The notes under the pieces: model-generated
What the model saw: the letters and a program-made list of their open reading frames with translations, nothing else
The model's database searches: none
Told to the model about the DNA's origin: nothing
In this document: piece by piece, positions 19,242 through 29,451 of the stretch
How positions within the stretch are numbered: the first letter of the stretch is position 1
Layout: each line of letters starts with the position of its first letter
Assembly (NCBI GenBank): GCA_034521815.1
Contig: JAXHLW010000013.1
Location: 736,001-800,000, forward strand
Direction of reading: 5' to 3'
DNA: 64,000 nucleotides
Source: Trueperaceae bacterium
GTDB taxonomy: Bacteria; Deinococcota; Deinococci; Deinococcales; Trueperaceae
Program-made: the position numbers and the translations under genes

Positions 19242-20429
19242 ATGGACTCGTCGCGCTCTTCGCCGACTACGAAGGCCACGGTGGTACTCGCGACCGACGG
19301 CGAAGCGCGCGGCGTCGGACTCAGGCGCGTGACGGACGCTCTGGGCTACGCCAGCGAGGTGTTCACCGACGTCGAGGCGCTGCTCTACCACACGCGCGGG
19401 AACGTCCCCGAGGCGCTGGTGATCGAGCAGGCGCTGATCGATCGGGTGCCGCAGCTCGACGTGCTTACGCTGCTGCGGCGCAGGACCGCGCTCGCGGAGG
19501 TCCCGTTCCTGGTGCTCGGGGCGGACGACGCGGAGCGGCACGAGCGCGCCATCGCGTCGGGCGCGGACGTGTACCTGTCGCTACCGACGCGTCCCGCCGT
19601 GCTCCGTGCGCACCTGACGCGGCTGCTGGACCGCCGCCAACGCGACCGCCAGCTTCGCGCCGCGCTCGAGCGTGCCCGCAGCTTCGAGCAGGCGTACAAG
19701 GAGTCCGAGCGCGTCAAGGACGACCTCACCCACATGCTCGTGCACGACCTGAAGAGCCCGGTCGCGAGCGTGATGGGTCTGCTGGACCACAGCATCGAGA
19801 TGCTGGCCGCGGACAGCGGCGACGCCTCGATCGCCGAGCTGCTGGCGCTGGCCCGCAACGAGTCGCAGCACCTGCTCAACCTCGCGGCGAACATCCTGGA
19901 CGTGCGCCGCATGAAGGAGGGGCACATGCCGTTCGCGCCCGAGTCGGTGGCCAGCCTGACCGACCTCGCGAAGGAGGCTCTGGGCGACGTCGCGGGCGGA
20001 CCGCGCGAGCGGAACTTCGGCTTCCTCGTGAGGCCGGAGGCCGAGATGCTGGACGCCGATCCGAAGCTTCTGCGCCGCGTGATCGCGAACCTGCTCGCCA
20101 ACGCGATCAAGCACACCCGCCGCGGCGGCTACATCGACTTCCGGGCGTGGAAGCAGGACGACGGCTACGTGCTGTCCGTGCGCGACGACGGCGAGGGGAT
20201 CCCCGAGGCCGACCAGAAGCGGATCTTCAATGCGTTCGAGCAGTCGCGCCACACGATCCACGACCGGTTCGACACCGGCATGGGCCTGACGTTCTGCAAG
20301 CTCGCCGTCGAGAAGCACGGCGGCGCCATCTGGGTCGAGTCCAAGGTCGGCAAGGGCAGCACGTTCTTCTTCACCGTCCCCGCGCAGGTCCCCGAGCCCA
20401 CGCTGGATCCTCCCGTGGACGTCGTCTGA
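19242..20429 (+). CDS. Soluble histidine kinase with N-terminal degenerate receiver domain
   Basis: H-box HDLKSP, N-box NLLANAIKH, G1 DDGEGIP and G2 GMGLTFC. Confidence 0.92.
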   Translation: MDSSRSSPTTKATVVLATDGEARGVGLRRVTDALGYASEVFTDVEALLYHTRGNVPEALVIEQALIDRVPQLDVLTLLRRRTALAEVPFLVLGADDAERHERAIASGADVYLSLPTRPAVLRAHLTRLLDRRQRDRQLRAALERARSFEQAYKESERVKDDLTHMLVHDLKSPVASVMGLLDHSIEMLAADSGDASIAELLALARNESQHLLNLAANILDVRRMKEGHMPFAPESVASLTDLAKEALGDVAGGPRERNFGFLVRPEAEMLDADPKLLRRVIANLLANAIKHTRRGGYIDFRAWKQDDGYVLSVRDDGEGIPEADQKRIFNAFEQSRHTIHDRFDTGMGLTFCKLAVEKHGGAIWVESKVGKGSTFFFTVPAQVPEPTLDPPVDVV

Positions 20430-20445
20430 TCGTTCCTCGGGCCTC

Positions 20446-21120
20446 GTGGTGACGTCGCCCCCAGGCCGGTCGACAGCGTCGCGCCGGTCGACACCGTCGC
20501 GCCGGTCGTCGTTGCCGGGGTGGTCGTTCGAGGAGCGCCTCTGGGCGGCGGGCCACACGCCGGTCGCGGGCGTCGACGAAGCCGGCCGCGGGGCGCTGGC
20601 CGGACCGATCGTCGCGGCGGCGGTGATCCTGCCACCGGGCGACCATCCGTTCAGGGATTCGAAGACCGTGGCGCCGGCCACGCGCGAGCGTCTGGCCGAC
20701 GAGGTGCGGGCCTGCGCCGTCGCGTGGGGGGTGGGCCGCGCCGAGGCGGACGAGATCGACGAGCTGGGGGTCCCCGGCGCGACCCGTCTGGCGGCCCGTC
20801 GCGCGCTGGCGAGGCTGCCGATACGGCCCGGCGGACTGGTGACGGACTGGCTGGACCTGCCGGGCCCGTGGGCGGTCCTGGCGCCGGCCCGTGCCGACGC
20901 CCGTAGCCTGCAGGCCGCCGCCGCCAGCCTGCTCGCCAAGACCGAGCGAGATCGCTGGATGGTCGGGACCGCCGAGCTTCGCTGGCCCGGGTACGGTTTC
21001 GCACGGCACAAGGGGTACGGCGCCCCGGCGCACCTTCGCGCCCTTCACGCGCTCGGGCCGTGCGCCACCCACCGACGCCGCTTCGCTCCTGTCGCGCAGG
21101 CGCCGTTGTTCGTGCCTTGA
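20446..21120 (+). CDS. rnhB: Ribonuclease HII
   Basis: AGVDEAGRGALAGP, DSK, AAASLLAK and HKGYG. Start uncertain. Confidence 0.95.
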   Translation: MVTSPPGRSTASRRSTPSRRSSLPGWSFEERLWAAGHTPVAGVDEAGRGALAGPIVAAAVILPPGDHPFRDSKTVAPATRERLADEVRACAVAWGVGRAEADEIDELGVPGATRLAARRALARLPIRPGGLVTDWLDLPGPWAVLAPARADARSLQAAAASLLAKTERDRWMVGTAELRWPGYGFARHKGYGAPAHLRALHALGPCATHRRRFAPVAQAPLFVP

Positions 21121-21243
21121 GGGCCGCGCCGTCGTGCCTGCGCTTGGGGCCGAGCGGCGACCGCGGTATCCTCGCCTACGATTCGACCTACTGCGGAGCT
21201 ACCGAGTGCCAGTTACGCGGCCCAGCCGCGCGAGGAGGAACCC

Positions 21244-22041
21244 GTGGCCGAGTGCATCGGCGTCAAGTACGACAACGGTCCCAAGATCCATTGGGTGACG
21301 GCCGGCGAGACCGTGCCCGATCCGGGACAACGCTGCGTGATCCGGAGTCGGCGCGGGCTCGAGATCGGCCTCGTCCGGTCGGGTCCGACCTCGCAGGAGC
21401 GCAGCTCCGGCGAGGTCGTCCGGATCGCCGACGAGCAGGACCTCGCCACCCGGCAGCACCTCGCCCAGCGGGCGGAGGACCTCACCTGGCTGCTCAGGGC
21501 CCGCTCGCGCCAGAGCGGTTCGGACGTGAAGATCGTGTCGCTCGAGTTCACGCTGGACGAGAGCGTTCTGATCGTGCACTACGCGTCGGAAAAGAGGCCG
21601 ACGCTGCGCGTGCTGGCGCAGGAGCTCGTCAAGCACACCGCGGCACGCGTCGAGTTCGTGAACGTCGGTCCACGCGACGAGGCGCGGATCCTGGGGACGT
21701 TGGGCGCGTGCGGAAGCGGCTCGTGCTCCTCGACCTGGCTGCAAGGGTTCAGCTCGGTCTCGATCCGCATGGCGCGCGACCAGCAGCTGCCCCTCAACCC
21801 GGAGAAGATCAGCGGACCCTGCGGACGCCTGATGTGCTGCCTGCAGTACGAGCACGACATGTACAAGCAGCTGCTCAAGCGGCTTCCCAAGCGGGGCGGC
21901 AAGGCGTGCCACACCGAGACGGGCGCGTGCGGACGCGTCGTGAAGCTCGATCCGCTGCGCGGGACGGCGGACCTGAAGACGGACGAGGGCTACCTCGAGA
22001 ACGTTCCCGCGGACCAGCTCGAGCGTCCCAAGAGCCGCTGA
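21244..22041 (+). CDS. PSP1/RicT (YaaT) family Fe-S protein
   Basis: GPRDEARILG..GACG and MARDQQLPLNPEKISGPCGRLMCCLQYE. GAGGAGG SD. Confidence 0.92.
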   Translation: MAECIGVKYDNGPKIHWVTAGETVPDPGQRCVIRSRRGLEIGLVRSGPTSQERSSGEVVRIADEQDLATRQHLAQRAEDLTWLLRARSRQSGSDVKIVSLEFTLDESVLIVHYASEKRPTLRVLAQELVKHTAARVEFVNVGPRDEARILGTLGACGSGSCSSTWLQGFSSVSIRMARDQQLPLNPEKISGPCGRLMCCLQYEHDMYKQLLKRLPKRGGKACHTETGACGRVVKLDPLRGTADLKTDEGYLENVPADQLERPKSR

Positions 22042-22051
22042 CGCGAGGCGC

Positions 22052-23005
22052 TCAGGAACGACCGCGGGCCGGGACCGGCGTCGCGTCCGCCGGGGCCGCT
22101 GGGCCCGCCGCGCGCACGCGCAACGTCAGGGCGTGCGCCACGACGGCGCTCGACACGTACGCTCGTCGTGCGTCGTCGGCCTCCAGGACGGCGTCGAGCG
22201 CGGCGGCGTAGCGTTCCGGCGCGTCGCGCCGCACGTGCTCGAGCAGCACGCCCATCGGCGAGCGCTGCTGATGCGTGCCCCACGCCTCCAGCCAGGCCTC
22301 GCCCGCGGCCAGCGCCTCGTCCAGAGGCCCGTCGAGCGCCGCGACCCAGGCGGCCGCGGCGTCGCGCAGGGCGCGCTCGGCGTCGGGGTCGTCGCGAGCG
22401 GCTCGCAGCCGGCCCAGCTGCCCGGTCCGTAGCGCTGGATGCGGGGCGAGGTCGTCGTACCCGTCCGTCGGCGCGGCCCCGAAGCGCACCACCAGGCAGC
22501 GCGACGCCAGCGTCGGAAGCAGGGCGTCCGCGCTCGGCGCGATCAGAACGATCGTCGCCCAGCCGGGCGGCTCCTCGAGCATCTTCAGGAAGGCGTTCCC
22601 GGCCGCCTCGTTGAGCGTGTGCGCGTCGTCGATCACCCCGACGCGCCGGCGGAAGCGGGGACGCTGCTCGAGCCAGCGCGACAGCGGCTCGGGATCGGCC
22701 TTCGGGCCCGTTCTCGGTACCATCTGATCGATCGTCAGGGTGGGCCGGAGCGACGTACGGCCGCTGCGGGTGGTGGCCTGCGGCGCCTTGATCATCAGGT
22801 CGGGATGGGCCCCGTGCTGCGCCACGCGGCAGCTTTCGCAGCGACCGCACGGCTCGGCCTCGGGACGCTCGCAGTTGAGCCAGCGCGCCCACCAGAGCGC
22901 GACCGTGCGGCGCCCGACGGCCTCCGGACCGACGAACGCCAGCGAGCGGGCCGACACCAGGCGCAGCAGATCGCGCGCCTCCTCGTGCCCGACGACGTCG
23001 TTCAC
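22052..23005 (-). CDS. holB: DNA polymerase III subunit delta'
   Basis: GPEAVGRR, C...PCGRCESC, HPD, AGNAFLKMLEEP and LLPTLASRC. Confidence 0.9.
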   Translation of the reverse strand: MNDVVGHEEARDLLRLVSARSLAFVGPEAVGRRTVALWWARWLNCERPEAEPCGRCESCRVAQHGAHPDLMIKAPQATTRSGRTSLRPTLTIDQMVPRTGPKADPEPLSRWLEQRPRFRRRVGVIDDAHTLNEAAGNAFLKMLEEPPGWATIVLIAPSADALLPTLASRCLVVRFGAAPTDGYDDLAPHPALRTGQLGRLRAARDDPDAERALRDAAAAWVAALDGPLDEALAAGEAWLEAWGTHQQRSPMGVLLEHVRRDAPERYAAALDAVLEADDARRAYVSSAVVAHALTLRVRAAGPAAPADATPVPARGRS

Positions 23006-23769
23006 CGACCGACCGCCAGACGGGCGGCCAACGCCTCGGGGTACTCCGCCTCGCGAACGGCACGTTGGACCTTGACGATGTCGAACGCCACCCGGATCAC
23101 GTCGAACCGCCGCCGCTCCACGTCGAAGAGCCCATACGACGCGAGGGGGAGGCTGTCGCGCGGCTGGCCGACCGAGCCCGGGTTCAGGAAGCCCGACGCG
23201 CGCGGGGGCATGCGATAGGTGCCCGCTTCCTCGCGGAACGTCACCTGGCGCCACATCGCCGTCCCGTTGGGCGCGGTGGCGGCGGCCAGCACGCGCGGGA
23301 CGTGGGTGTGGCCCACCAGGCAGATCGGCCGGCTGAGGTAGGGGAGATTCTCCTCGGCCTCGGGCAGTCCGTGCAGGTACTGCCACGGCCGGACCAGTCC
23401 GCCGTGGACCGCCTCGAACGACGCCTCCACGTGGTGCGTCTCGAGCGTCCGGAGCCAGTCGAGCGCGGCCGGAGAAAGCGCTTCGGCCTGCCTCTCGAGC
23501 ACAGGGCCGACCACCGACCCGCCGCTCATCCCGCTCGGTCCGGTCGTCCCGTCGACGACGGACAACAGCTGGGCGTCGTGGTTGCCCAGCAGGTTGAAGG
23601 CGGGCTCCAGCTCCTGTAGCGCCGTCACCACCTCCTCGGGCGCGGGGTAGTACCCCACGGCGTCGCCCAGGAACACGGTGGCGTCGAAGCCCCGTCTCCG
23701 TGCGTCGCGGAGCACGGCGTCGAGGGCGACCGCGTTGCCGTGGACGTCGCTGATGACCAGGTAGCGCAC
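23002..23769 (-). CDS. Metallophosphoesterase
   Basis: SDVHGN, GDAVGY, GNHD, GHTH and NPGSVGQPRD. Confidence 0.92.
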   Translation of the reverse strand: MRYLVISDVHGNAVALDAVLRDARRRGFDATVFLGDAVGYYPAPEEVVTALQELEPAFNLLGNHDAQLLSVVDGTTGPSGMSGGSVVGPVLERQAEALSPAALDWLRTLETHHVEASFEAVHGGLVRPWQYLHGLPEAEENLPYLSRPICLVGHTHVPRVLAAATAPNGTAMWRQVTFREEAGTYRMPPRASGFLNPGSVGQPRDSLPLASYGLFDVERRRFDVIRVAFDIVKVQRAVREAEYPEALAARLAVGR

Positions 23770-23834
23770 GCCGAACGATATCACCGCGCTGGTCGGCGCT
23801 CCTGGGGTGCGCCGGCACGGGCTATACTGGCGCG

Positions 23835-24953
23835 ATGCCCGCCCGCTCGGTCGCGACGCTCGTTCGATTGCTGCTGATCATCGGCGCCCTCTCCGGATGG
23901 GCCGCCGCACAGATCACCGTGCCCCGGCTGGGGACGCGGGGCGACGTGCCGGGCGCCCTGGTGGACGAGGTCACGACCGGCATCCGTGCGGGCCTGCTCG
24001 AGGCGGGTCTCGAGGTGCGGCTGGGCGAGCTGATCACCCCAGGCATCGCGGGAAGCCTGGAGCCGGAGTTCACGCGTCTGATCGGCGAGATCGACGGCAG
24101 CGCGTACGCGGTGTCCGGCGAGGTCGCCGAGGCGGCGCCGGGCGCGGCCGCGCCGTGGCTGGTGAACGTCATCGCCGTCGACGTCGAGACCGGCCGTGCG
24201 ACCGATCTGCTCAGCCGTCCCGTCGTGAGCGACGGAACGGCCGCCGGGCTACGGCTGGCCCGCGAGATCGCGGTGTTCGCGCAGCCCCTGGCGAGGCTCC
24301 CCGCCGGGGACGCCGGGCTGTTCGTGTCCAGCGAGCCGCGCGGCGCCCGTGTGCTGGTCGAGGGCGTCGGCATCGGCGTCACGCCGGACGTCGAGCCGAT
24401 GATGCTCGAGCCGGGACGCTATCGCATCGAGCTTCGTTCCGACGGCTTCCTCCCCGAGACCCGGAGCGTCGAGGTCCGCCCGGGCGAGACGCGGTTCGTG
24501 CACGTGGTGCTGACCCCGATCAGCGGCGGCAGCGTGCGCGTCGAGTCGGTCCCAGAAGCCCGCGTGTCGCTGGACGACGACCCGCACGGCCGGACGCCGG
24601 CCACCCTTCCGGCGCTGCCCGGTCGGCACGTGCTGCTGCTCGAGCGCGCCGGCTTCGCGCCCGAGCGCATCGAGGTACCGGTGCGAACCTACCGGGTCAC
24701 GCGCGTCAGCGCTCAGCTCGAGCCGTTGCGTCAGCCGACGGTGTTCTGGGACGAGGAGCGCAGCACCGTCGTCCGCATCGACGGCCGGCTGCAGGTCGGC
24801 GGGTGGGCCGAGACGATCGAGCCGGGGCTGCGGCGGATCGAGCTGATCCGCCCCGAGGGACGGATCGACGTGCTGCGCGCGATCCCCCTCGAGGGCGTGT
24901 TCGAGCTCGATCTCGAGACCGGCGATCTGCGCCGCATCGACACGTCGCCCTGA
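23835..24953 (+). CDS. Secreted PEGA-domain protein
   Basis: Signal peptide and PEGA repeats (VSSEPRGARV..G..TP, ESVPEARV..GRTP). Confidence 0.85.
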   Translation: MPARSVATLVRLLLIIGALSGWAAAQITVPRLGTRGDVPGALVDEVTTGIRAGLLEAGLEVRLGELITPGIAGSLEPEFTRLIGEIDGSAYAVSGEVAEAAPGAAAPWLVNVIAVDVETGRATDLLSRPVVSDGTAAGLRLAREIAVFAQPLARLPAGDAGLFVSSEPRGARVLVEGVGIGVTPDVEPMMLEPGRYRIELRSDGFLPETRSVEVRPGETRFVHVVLTPISGGSVRVESVPEARVSLDDDPHGRTPATLPALPGRHVLLLERAGFAPERIEVPVRTYRVTRVSAQLEPLRQPTVFWDEERSTVVRIDGRLQVGGWAETIEPGLRRIELIRPEGRIDVLRAIPLEGVFELDLETGDLRRIDTSP

Positions 24954-24959
24954 CCCCTC

Positions 24960-24998
24960 GCCCCGACCCCGCGCCCCGACCCCGCGCCCCGACCCCGC
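24960..24998. repeat. 13-bp tandem repeat, 3 copies
   Basis: GCCCCGACCCCGC units. Confidence 0.85.
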
Positions 24999-25038
24999 GC
25001 GTCGCCTTGTCGTCGGGCCGGCGCCCGCCGTCCTCGGC

Positions 25039-26034
25039 TCAGCGCCGGTCCCGCCACGCCGGTCCCGCCAGCTCGCGTCGATAGACGATCCCGACGCTCC
25101 AGCCGGTCCCGGGATCCCCGCCGGCCCGGGCCCCGGCTCGGACCTCGACGGTGCCGTCCCACGCCGGCCTGCGCCAGCTCGCGTCCAACGACCAGGGGGA
25201 GCGCTCGCTGCCGCCGGGCCGCGCCACCGCCGTCCAGGCCAGCCGGTCGCTGCCCAGCGCCCAGGCGCCCTCGCTCGACAGGCCCGGCACGACACGCACG
25301 CCGTCCGCCGTCGGGGCCGCGTCGAGCCACGCCGTCGCCGCGATCTCGGGGGCTCGCCGGGGGGCCACGACGATGCCGGCGCCCAGCGCCGCGCGGCCGT
25401 CCGCCCGGCCCGCGAGCCGACCGTGCGCCCGCACCGTCAGGTCGAGGTCGTCGCCGAGCGCACGGCGACCTCGCAGCCTGACGTCCAGATCGAGGGCGGT
25501 CCGTCCGCCGTCGCCGCGCCAACCGGTGGCGCCGCCGGCAAGCAGCCAGGTCCGGTCCAGCCGGCCCTCGCCGGCCAGCGCGAGCGACACGCCCCGGTCG
25601 AACGGCGCCCGGCCGCTGCCGGCCGTCGCGAGGAACCGCTCGGGCGGCGCTCCCCAAGCGGAGGCGCGGAGCGAGGCGGCGACCGGACCCAGCACGCCGC
25701 GAGCGGCGGCGCCCAGGCGTGCGGCCGGGGTCGCCGCGAAGCGCGCGCTGGCGTCGGCCTCCAGGACCAGCGTGCCCAGCGGACCGAACGCCTGGCTGCG
25801 CCGAACCGTCAGCTCGGCGCCAGGGTCGGCCGCCACGATCAGGGCGGCGTCCAGCTCGTCCGCCCCGCGCGGCACGGAGCGCACCCCGATCCGCGCTTCG
25901 GGCGACGTTCCGACGCTCGCCGCGACGTGGAACGTCTGCGCCACGGTGGCGCCGAGCAAGGCCCAAGCGACGACGAGAACGATGGCGAGAACGATGGCGA
26001 GCGACGCAGGACGGGCCGAAGGGAAGCCGAGCAT
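25039..26034 (-). CDS. Hypothetical exported protein, possibly outer-membrane beta-barrel
   Basis: Signal peptide and alternating hydrophobic beta-strand pattern ending WSVGIVYRR. Confidence 0.6.
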   Translation of the reverse strand: MLGFPSARPASLAIVLAIVLVVAWALLGATVAQTFHVAASVGTSPEARIGVRSVPRGADELDAALIVAADPGAELTVRRSQAFGPLGTLVLEADASARFAATPAARLGAAARGVLGPVAASLRASAWGAPPERFLATAGSGRAPFDRGVSLALAGEGRLDRTWLLAGGATGWRGDGGRTALDLDVRLRGRRALGDDLDLTVRAHGRLAGRADGRAALGAGIVVAPRRAPEIAATAWLDAAPTADGVRVVPGLSSEGAWALGSDRLAWTAVARPGGSERSPWSLDASWRRPAWDGTVEVRAGARAGGDPGTGWSVGIVYRRELAGPAWRDRR

Positions 26035-26142
26035 GCCGCACCCTGACACGCCGAGCCCTGACACGTCCGAGACGGTGTACTGGGACCGCGGTGGTACACT
26101 CGGTGCCGTTCTCGCTTCATGCGCACGGAATTGGAGAGGTCC

Positions 26143-28683
26143 ATGAACATCCTCGGTCGCCTGACCGTTCTGCCCGAACTGCCCGAATCGATCGCCCAGC
26201 TCGACGAGCTCGCCCGCAACCTGTACTGGACCTGGTCGCCGGAGGTGCGGGCCCTGTTCCGCCGACTCGACCGGGGTCTGTGGGAGTCGTCCGGCCACAA
26301 CCCGGTGATGGTCCTGCGCGACGTGCCGCAGTCACGCCTCGACGAGGTCGCGGGCGACGACGCCTATCGCGAGGAGGTGGCCCAGGCGTACGCGTCGTTC
26401 CGCGACTACATGGAACAGCCGCGGGCCGACGTGGACGGCGCCGACGAGGACCACGTGTACGCCTACTTCTGCGCCGAATACGGCTGGAGCGAAGCCGTCG
26501 CCCTGTACTCCGGCGGGCTCGGCATCCTGGCCGGGGACCACACGAAAGCCGCCAGCGATCTGGGCGTGCCGCTGGTCGGCGTGGGCCTCTGGTACCCCGA
26601 GGGCTACTTCCACCAGCGAATCGCGGCGGACGGCAGCCAGGAGGCGGTGTACGTGCGCCGGGAGCCGGACGAGATGCCGCTCCGTGCCGTGCTGGACGAC
26701 GAGGGCGAGCCGGTCCTGGTCCGCGTGCAGGTGTTCGGCCGCGACGTCGCCGTGCGGGCCTGGCGGACCGACGTGGGGCGCGTGCCCGTGTACCTGCTCG
26801 ACGTCGACGTCGAGGGGAACGGACCCGACGACCGGCAGATGCTGAGACGTCTGTACGGCGGCGACCAGCGGACCCGCATCGCGCAGGAGATCGTTCTGGG
26901 CGTCGGTGGCGTGCGGATGCTGCGTGCCATCGGCGTGGCGCCGACCTCGTGGCACATGAACGAGGGCCACAGCGCGTTCATGGCCCTGGAGCGCAGTCGC
27001 GAGCTGGTCGAGAAGGGCATGACGTTCGATGCCGCGCGCGAGGCCGTCTCGGCCAGCACCGCGTTCACCGTCCACACGCCGGTCGCGGCAGGCAACGACG
27101 CCTTCCCCTTCGACCTCGTGAACGAGGCGTTCTCGGGCTGGTGGGGCGCGCTGGGGATTCGCCAGCACGAGTTCTACGACGTCGGCCGCGGCGACCACGG
27201 CTGGGGACCGGTGTTCAGCATGCCGGCGCTGGCGCTACGCTTCTCGTCGGTCCGCAACGGCGTCGCCGAGCTGCACGGCGACACCAGCCGCCGGATCTGG
27301 AACGATCTCTGGTCCGACGTCCCGACCGAGGAGGTGCCGATCGATCACATCACGAACGGGGTGCACGCCGCCTCGTGGATGGCGCCCGAGATCGCCTCGC
27401 TTCTCGACGGCGTGCTGGCGAGCGATTGGCGGCGCAAGCTGGCCGACCCCACGGTGTTCGCGGCCGCCGAGGCGCTCGATCCGGTCGAGCTGTGGCGGGT
27501 CCGTCGCTCGCTCAAGGCCCGCTCGGTGCGCTTCCTCCGCCGGCGCGTCCAGACCCAGCTGACGCGTCAGGAGGCCAGTCCGACCACGAAGCACCACAGC
27601 GAGCAGCTGTTCGATCCCGACTGCCTCACGATCGGGTTCGCACGGCGTTTCGCGACGTACAAGCGCGCGACGCTGATCTTCCGTGACCTCGACCGACTCG
27701 AGCGGATCGTCAACGATCCGGACCGCCCCGTTCAGCTGGTGTTCGCCGGCAAGGCTCACCCCGCCGACCAGGAGGGGCAGGCGCTGATCGAGCGGATCGA
27801 CGAGCTGAGCCGCGATCCGCGCTTCGCCGGTCGGATCCTGTTCGCCGAGGACTACGACATGGCGCTCGGGCGTGCCCTGACGCGGGGCGTGGACGTGTGG
27901 CTGAACAACCCGCGCCGTCCCCTGGAGGCGTCGGGCACCTCGGGCCAGAAGGCGGCGATGAACGGGGTGCTGAACCTGTCGATCCTCGACGGCTGGTGGC
28001 CCGAGGGGTACGACGGCATGAACGGCTGGGCGATCGGGAACGGCGGCACGTACGCGGATCACGACCGGGCGGACGAGGCGGACGCCGACGCGCTGTACGA
28101 CCTGCTCGAGCGCGAGGTCGTTCCGCTCTACTACCAGCGTGACGCGGCGAACGTGCCCACGGAGTGGATGGCCCGCTCGGCGCGCGCCATCGCGACGGTG
28201 ACGCCCGACTTCAACGCCCAGCGGATGGTGCGGGACTACGTGAGCATGGCGTACGCGCCCGCTTCGCGTCGCGGCGAGAGGATGGCCCAGAACGACCACC
28301 AGCCGGCGGCCCGCCTGGCCGCGTGGCGAAAGCACGTGCGCGAGGCGTGGAGCGAGGTGTCCCTCTCCGCCCAGCCTGCGGACGGGGGTCTCCGCCGGAT
28401 CGGCGAGACGATCGAGCTCGACGCCGTCCTGAACCCTCGCAGTCTCGGCGACGTCGAGATGCGCGTCGAGGCCGTGTACGGTCCGGAGGCCGAGGCGCTG
28501 CGGCACGACCTGAAGATCGTGCCGATGGAGGAGATCGAGCGCTACGACGACGGTGGCGTGCGCTACCGGGCCCGCTTCGTGCCGACGATCAGCGGTCGCC
28601 TGGCGTACGGCGTCCGCGCCTACCCTCTGCACGAGGATCTCGCGAACCCGTTCGACGCGCACGCCATTCGCTGGGCCAGCTAG
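26143..28683 (+). CDS. glgP: Alpha-glucan (glycogen) phosphorylase
   Basis: YSGGLGILAGDH, HMNEGH, FARRFATYKR and EASGTSGQKA (PLP lysine). Confidence 0.97.
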   Translation: MNILGRLTVLPELPESIAQLDELARNLYWTWSPEVRALFRRLDRGLWESSGHNPVMVLRDVPQSRLDEVAGDDAYREEVAQAYASFRDYMEQPRADVDGADEDHVYAYFCAEYGWSEAVALYSGGLGILAGDHTKAASDLGVPLVGVGLWYPEGYFHQRIAADGSQEAVYVRREPDEMPLRAVLDDEGEPVLVRVQVFGRDVAVRAWRTDVGRVPVYLLDVDVEGNGPDDRQMLRRLYGGDQRTRIAQEIVLGVGGVRMLRAIGVAPTSWHMNEGHSAFMALERSRELVEKGMTFDAAREAVSASTAFTVHTPVAAGNDAFPFDLVNEAFSGWWGALGIRQHEFYDVGRGDHGWGPVFSMPALALRFSSVRNGVAELHGDTSRRIWNDLWSDVPTEEVPIDHITNGVHAASWMAPEIASLLDGVLASDWRRKLADPTVFAAAEALDPVELWRVRRSLKARSVRFLRRRVQTQLTRQEASPTTKHHSEQLFDPDCLTIGFARRFATYKRATLIFRDLDRLERIVNDPDRPVQLVFAGKAHPADQEGQALIERIDELSRDPRFAGRILFAEDYDMALGRALTRGVDVWLNNPRRPLEASGTSGQKAAMNGVLNLSILDGWWPEGYDGMNGWAIGNGGTYADHDRADEADADALYDLLEREVVPLYYQRDAANVPTEWMARSARAIATVTPDFNAQRMVRDYVSMAYAPASRRGERMAQNDHQPAARLAAWRKHVREAWSEVSLSAQPADGGLRRIGETIELDAVLNPRSLGDVEMRVEAVYGPEAEALRHDLKIVPMEEIERYDDGGVRYRARFVPTISGRLAYGVRAYPLHEDLANPFDAHAIRWAS

Positions 28684-29404
28684 AGCGTCAGGTCGGTGTA
28701 GACCCGGAGCTCGTCATGAGCCGTGATCGCTGCGGCGGGGACGCGCTCCGGGTCGCCGCCGTCCAGCGTGGCCACGAGCGCGTCACGCTTCGCTTCGCCC
28801 GACACCAGGAACCACACCTGCCGTGACGACGACAACGCCATGGGCGTCAGCGTGACCCGCGCGGTCGGCTGTGCCTCGGACGATCCCTCGGACGATCCCC
28901 GGTCCGCACGGCGGTCGCAGCGCCCGCGGCGCGCGTCGCGCCACTGCCGGGGAACAGGCTGGCGGTGTGGGCGTCCGCCCCGAGGCCCAGCAGCGTCACG
29001 TCGAACCAGGGCGCCGACCGTGGATCGCCCAACGTCCGGCGAAGGCTCCGTTCGTACGCCTGGGCCTCGTCGTGGGGATCGGCGTCCTGGACCCACGGCC
29101 AGGCCAGGATCTGGTCCTCCGGGACGGGGACGTGGTCCAACAGGGCTTCGCGCGCCGCGCGCTCGTTGCGGTCCTCGTGCTCCGGCGGCACGTCGCGCTC
29201 GTCGCCCCAGGCGATCCACACCTGGCGCCAGGGAAGGTCGCCGCGCCGGGCCAGCACGCGGTAGGCGGGCAGAGGCGTGCTCCCGCCCGCGAGGCAGAGC
29301 ACCGCCCGCCCGCGCTGACGGACGGCCGCGGCGACGGCGTCGGCGAGGTCGGCGGCGACGGCGGAAGCGACGTCGGGCACGGTGCGCAGCTGAGTTCGGT
29401 CCAT
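28680..29404 (-). CDS. pgl: 6-phosphogluconolactonase, frameshifted near 28900
   Basis: LAGGSTP, GDER and LGLGADAHTASLFP in one frame; RVTLT...FLVSGEAK in another. The switch maps to a G4 run. Confidence 0.9.
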
Positions 29405-29451
29405 GCCCGGAGCGTACCCGGATCGGCCCGACGACCGTGGTAGCGTCCCGC

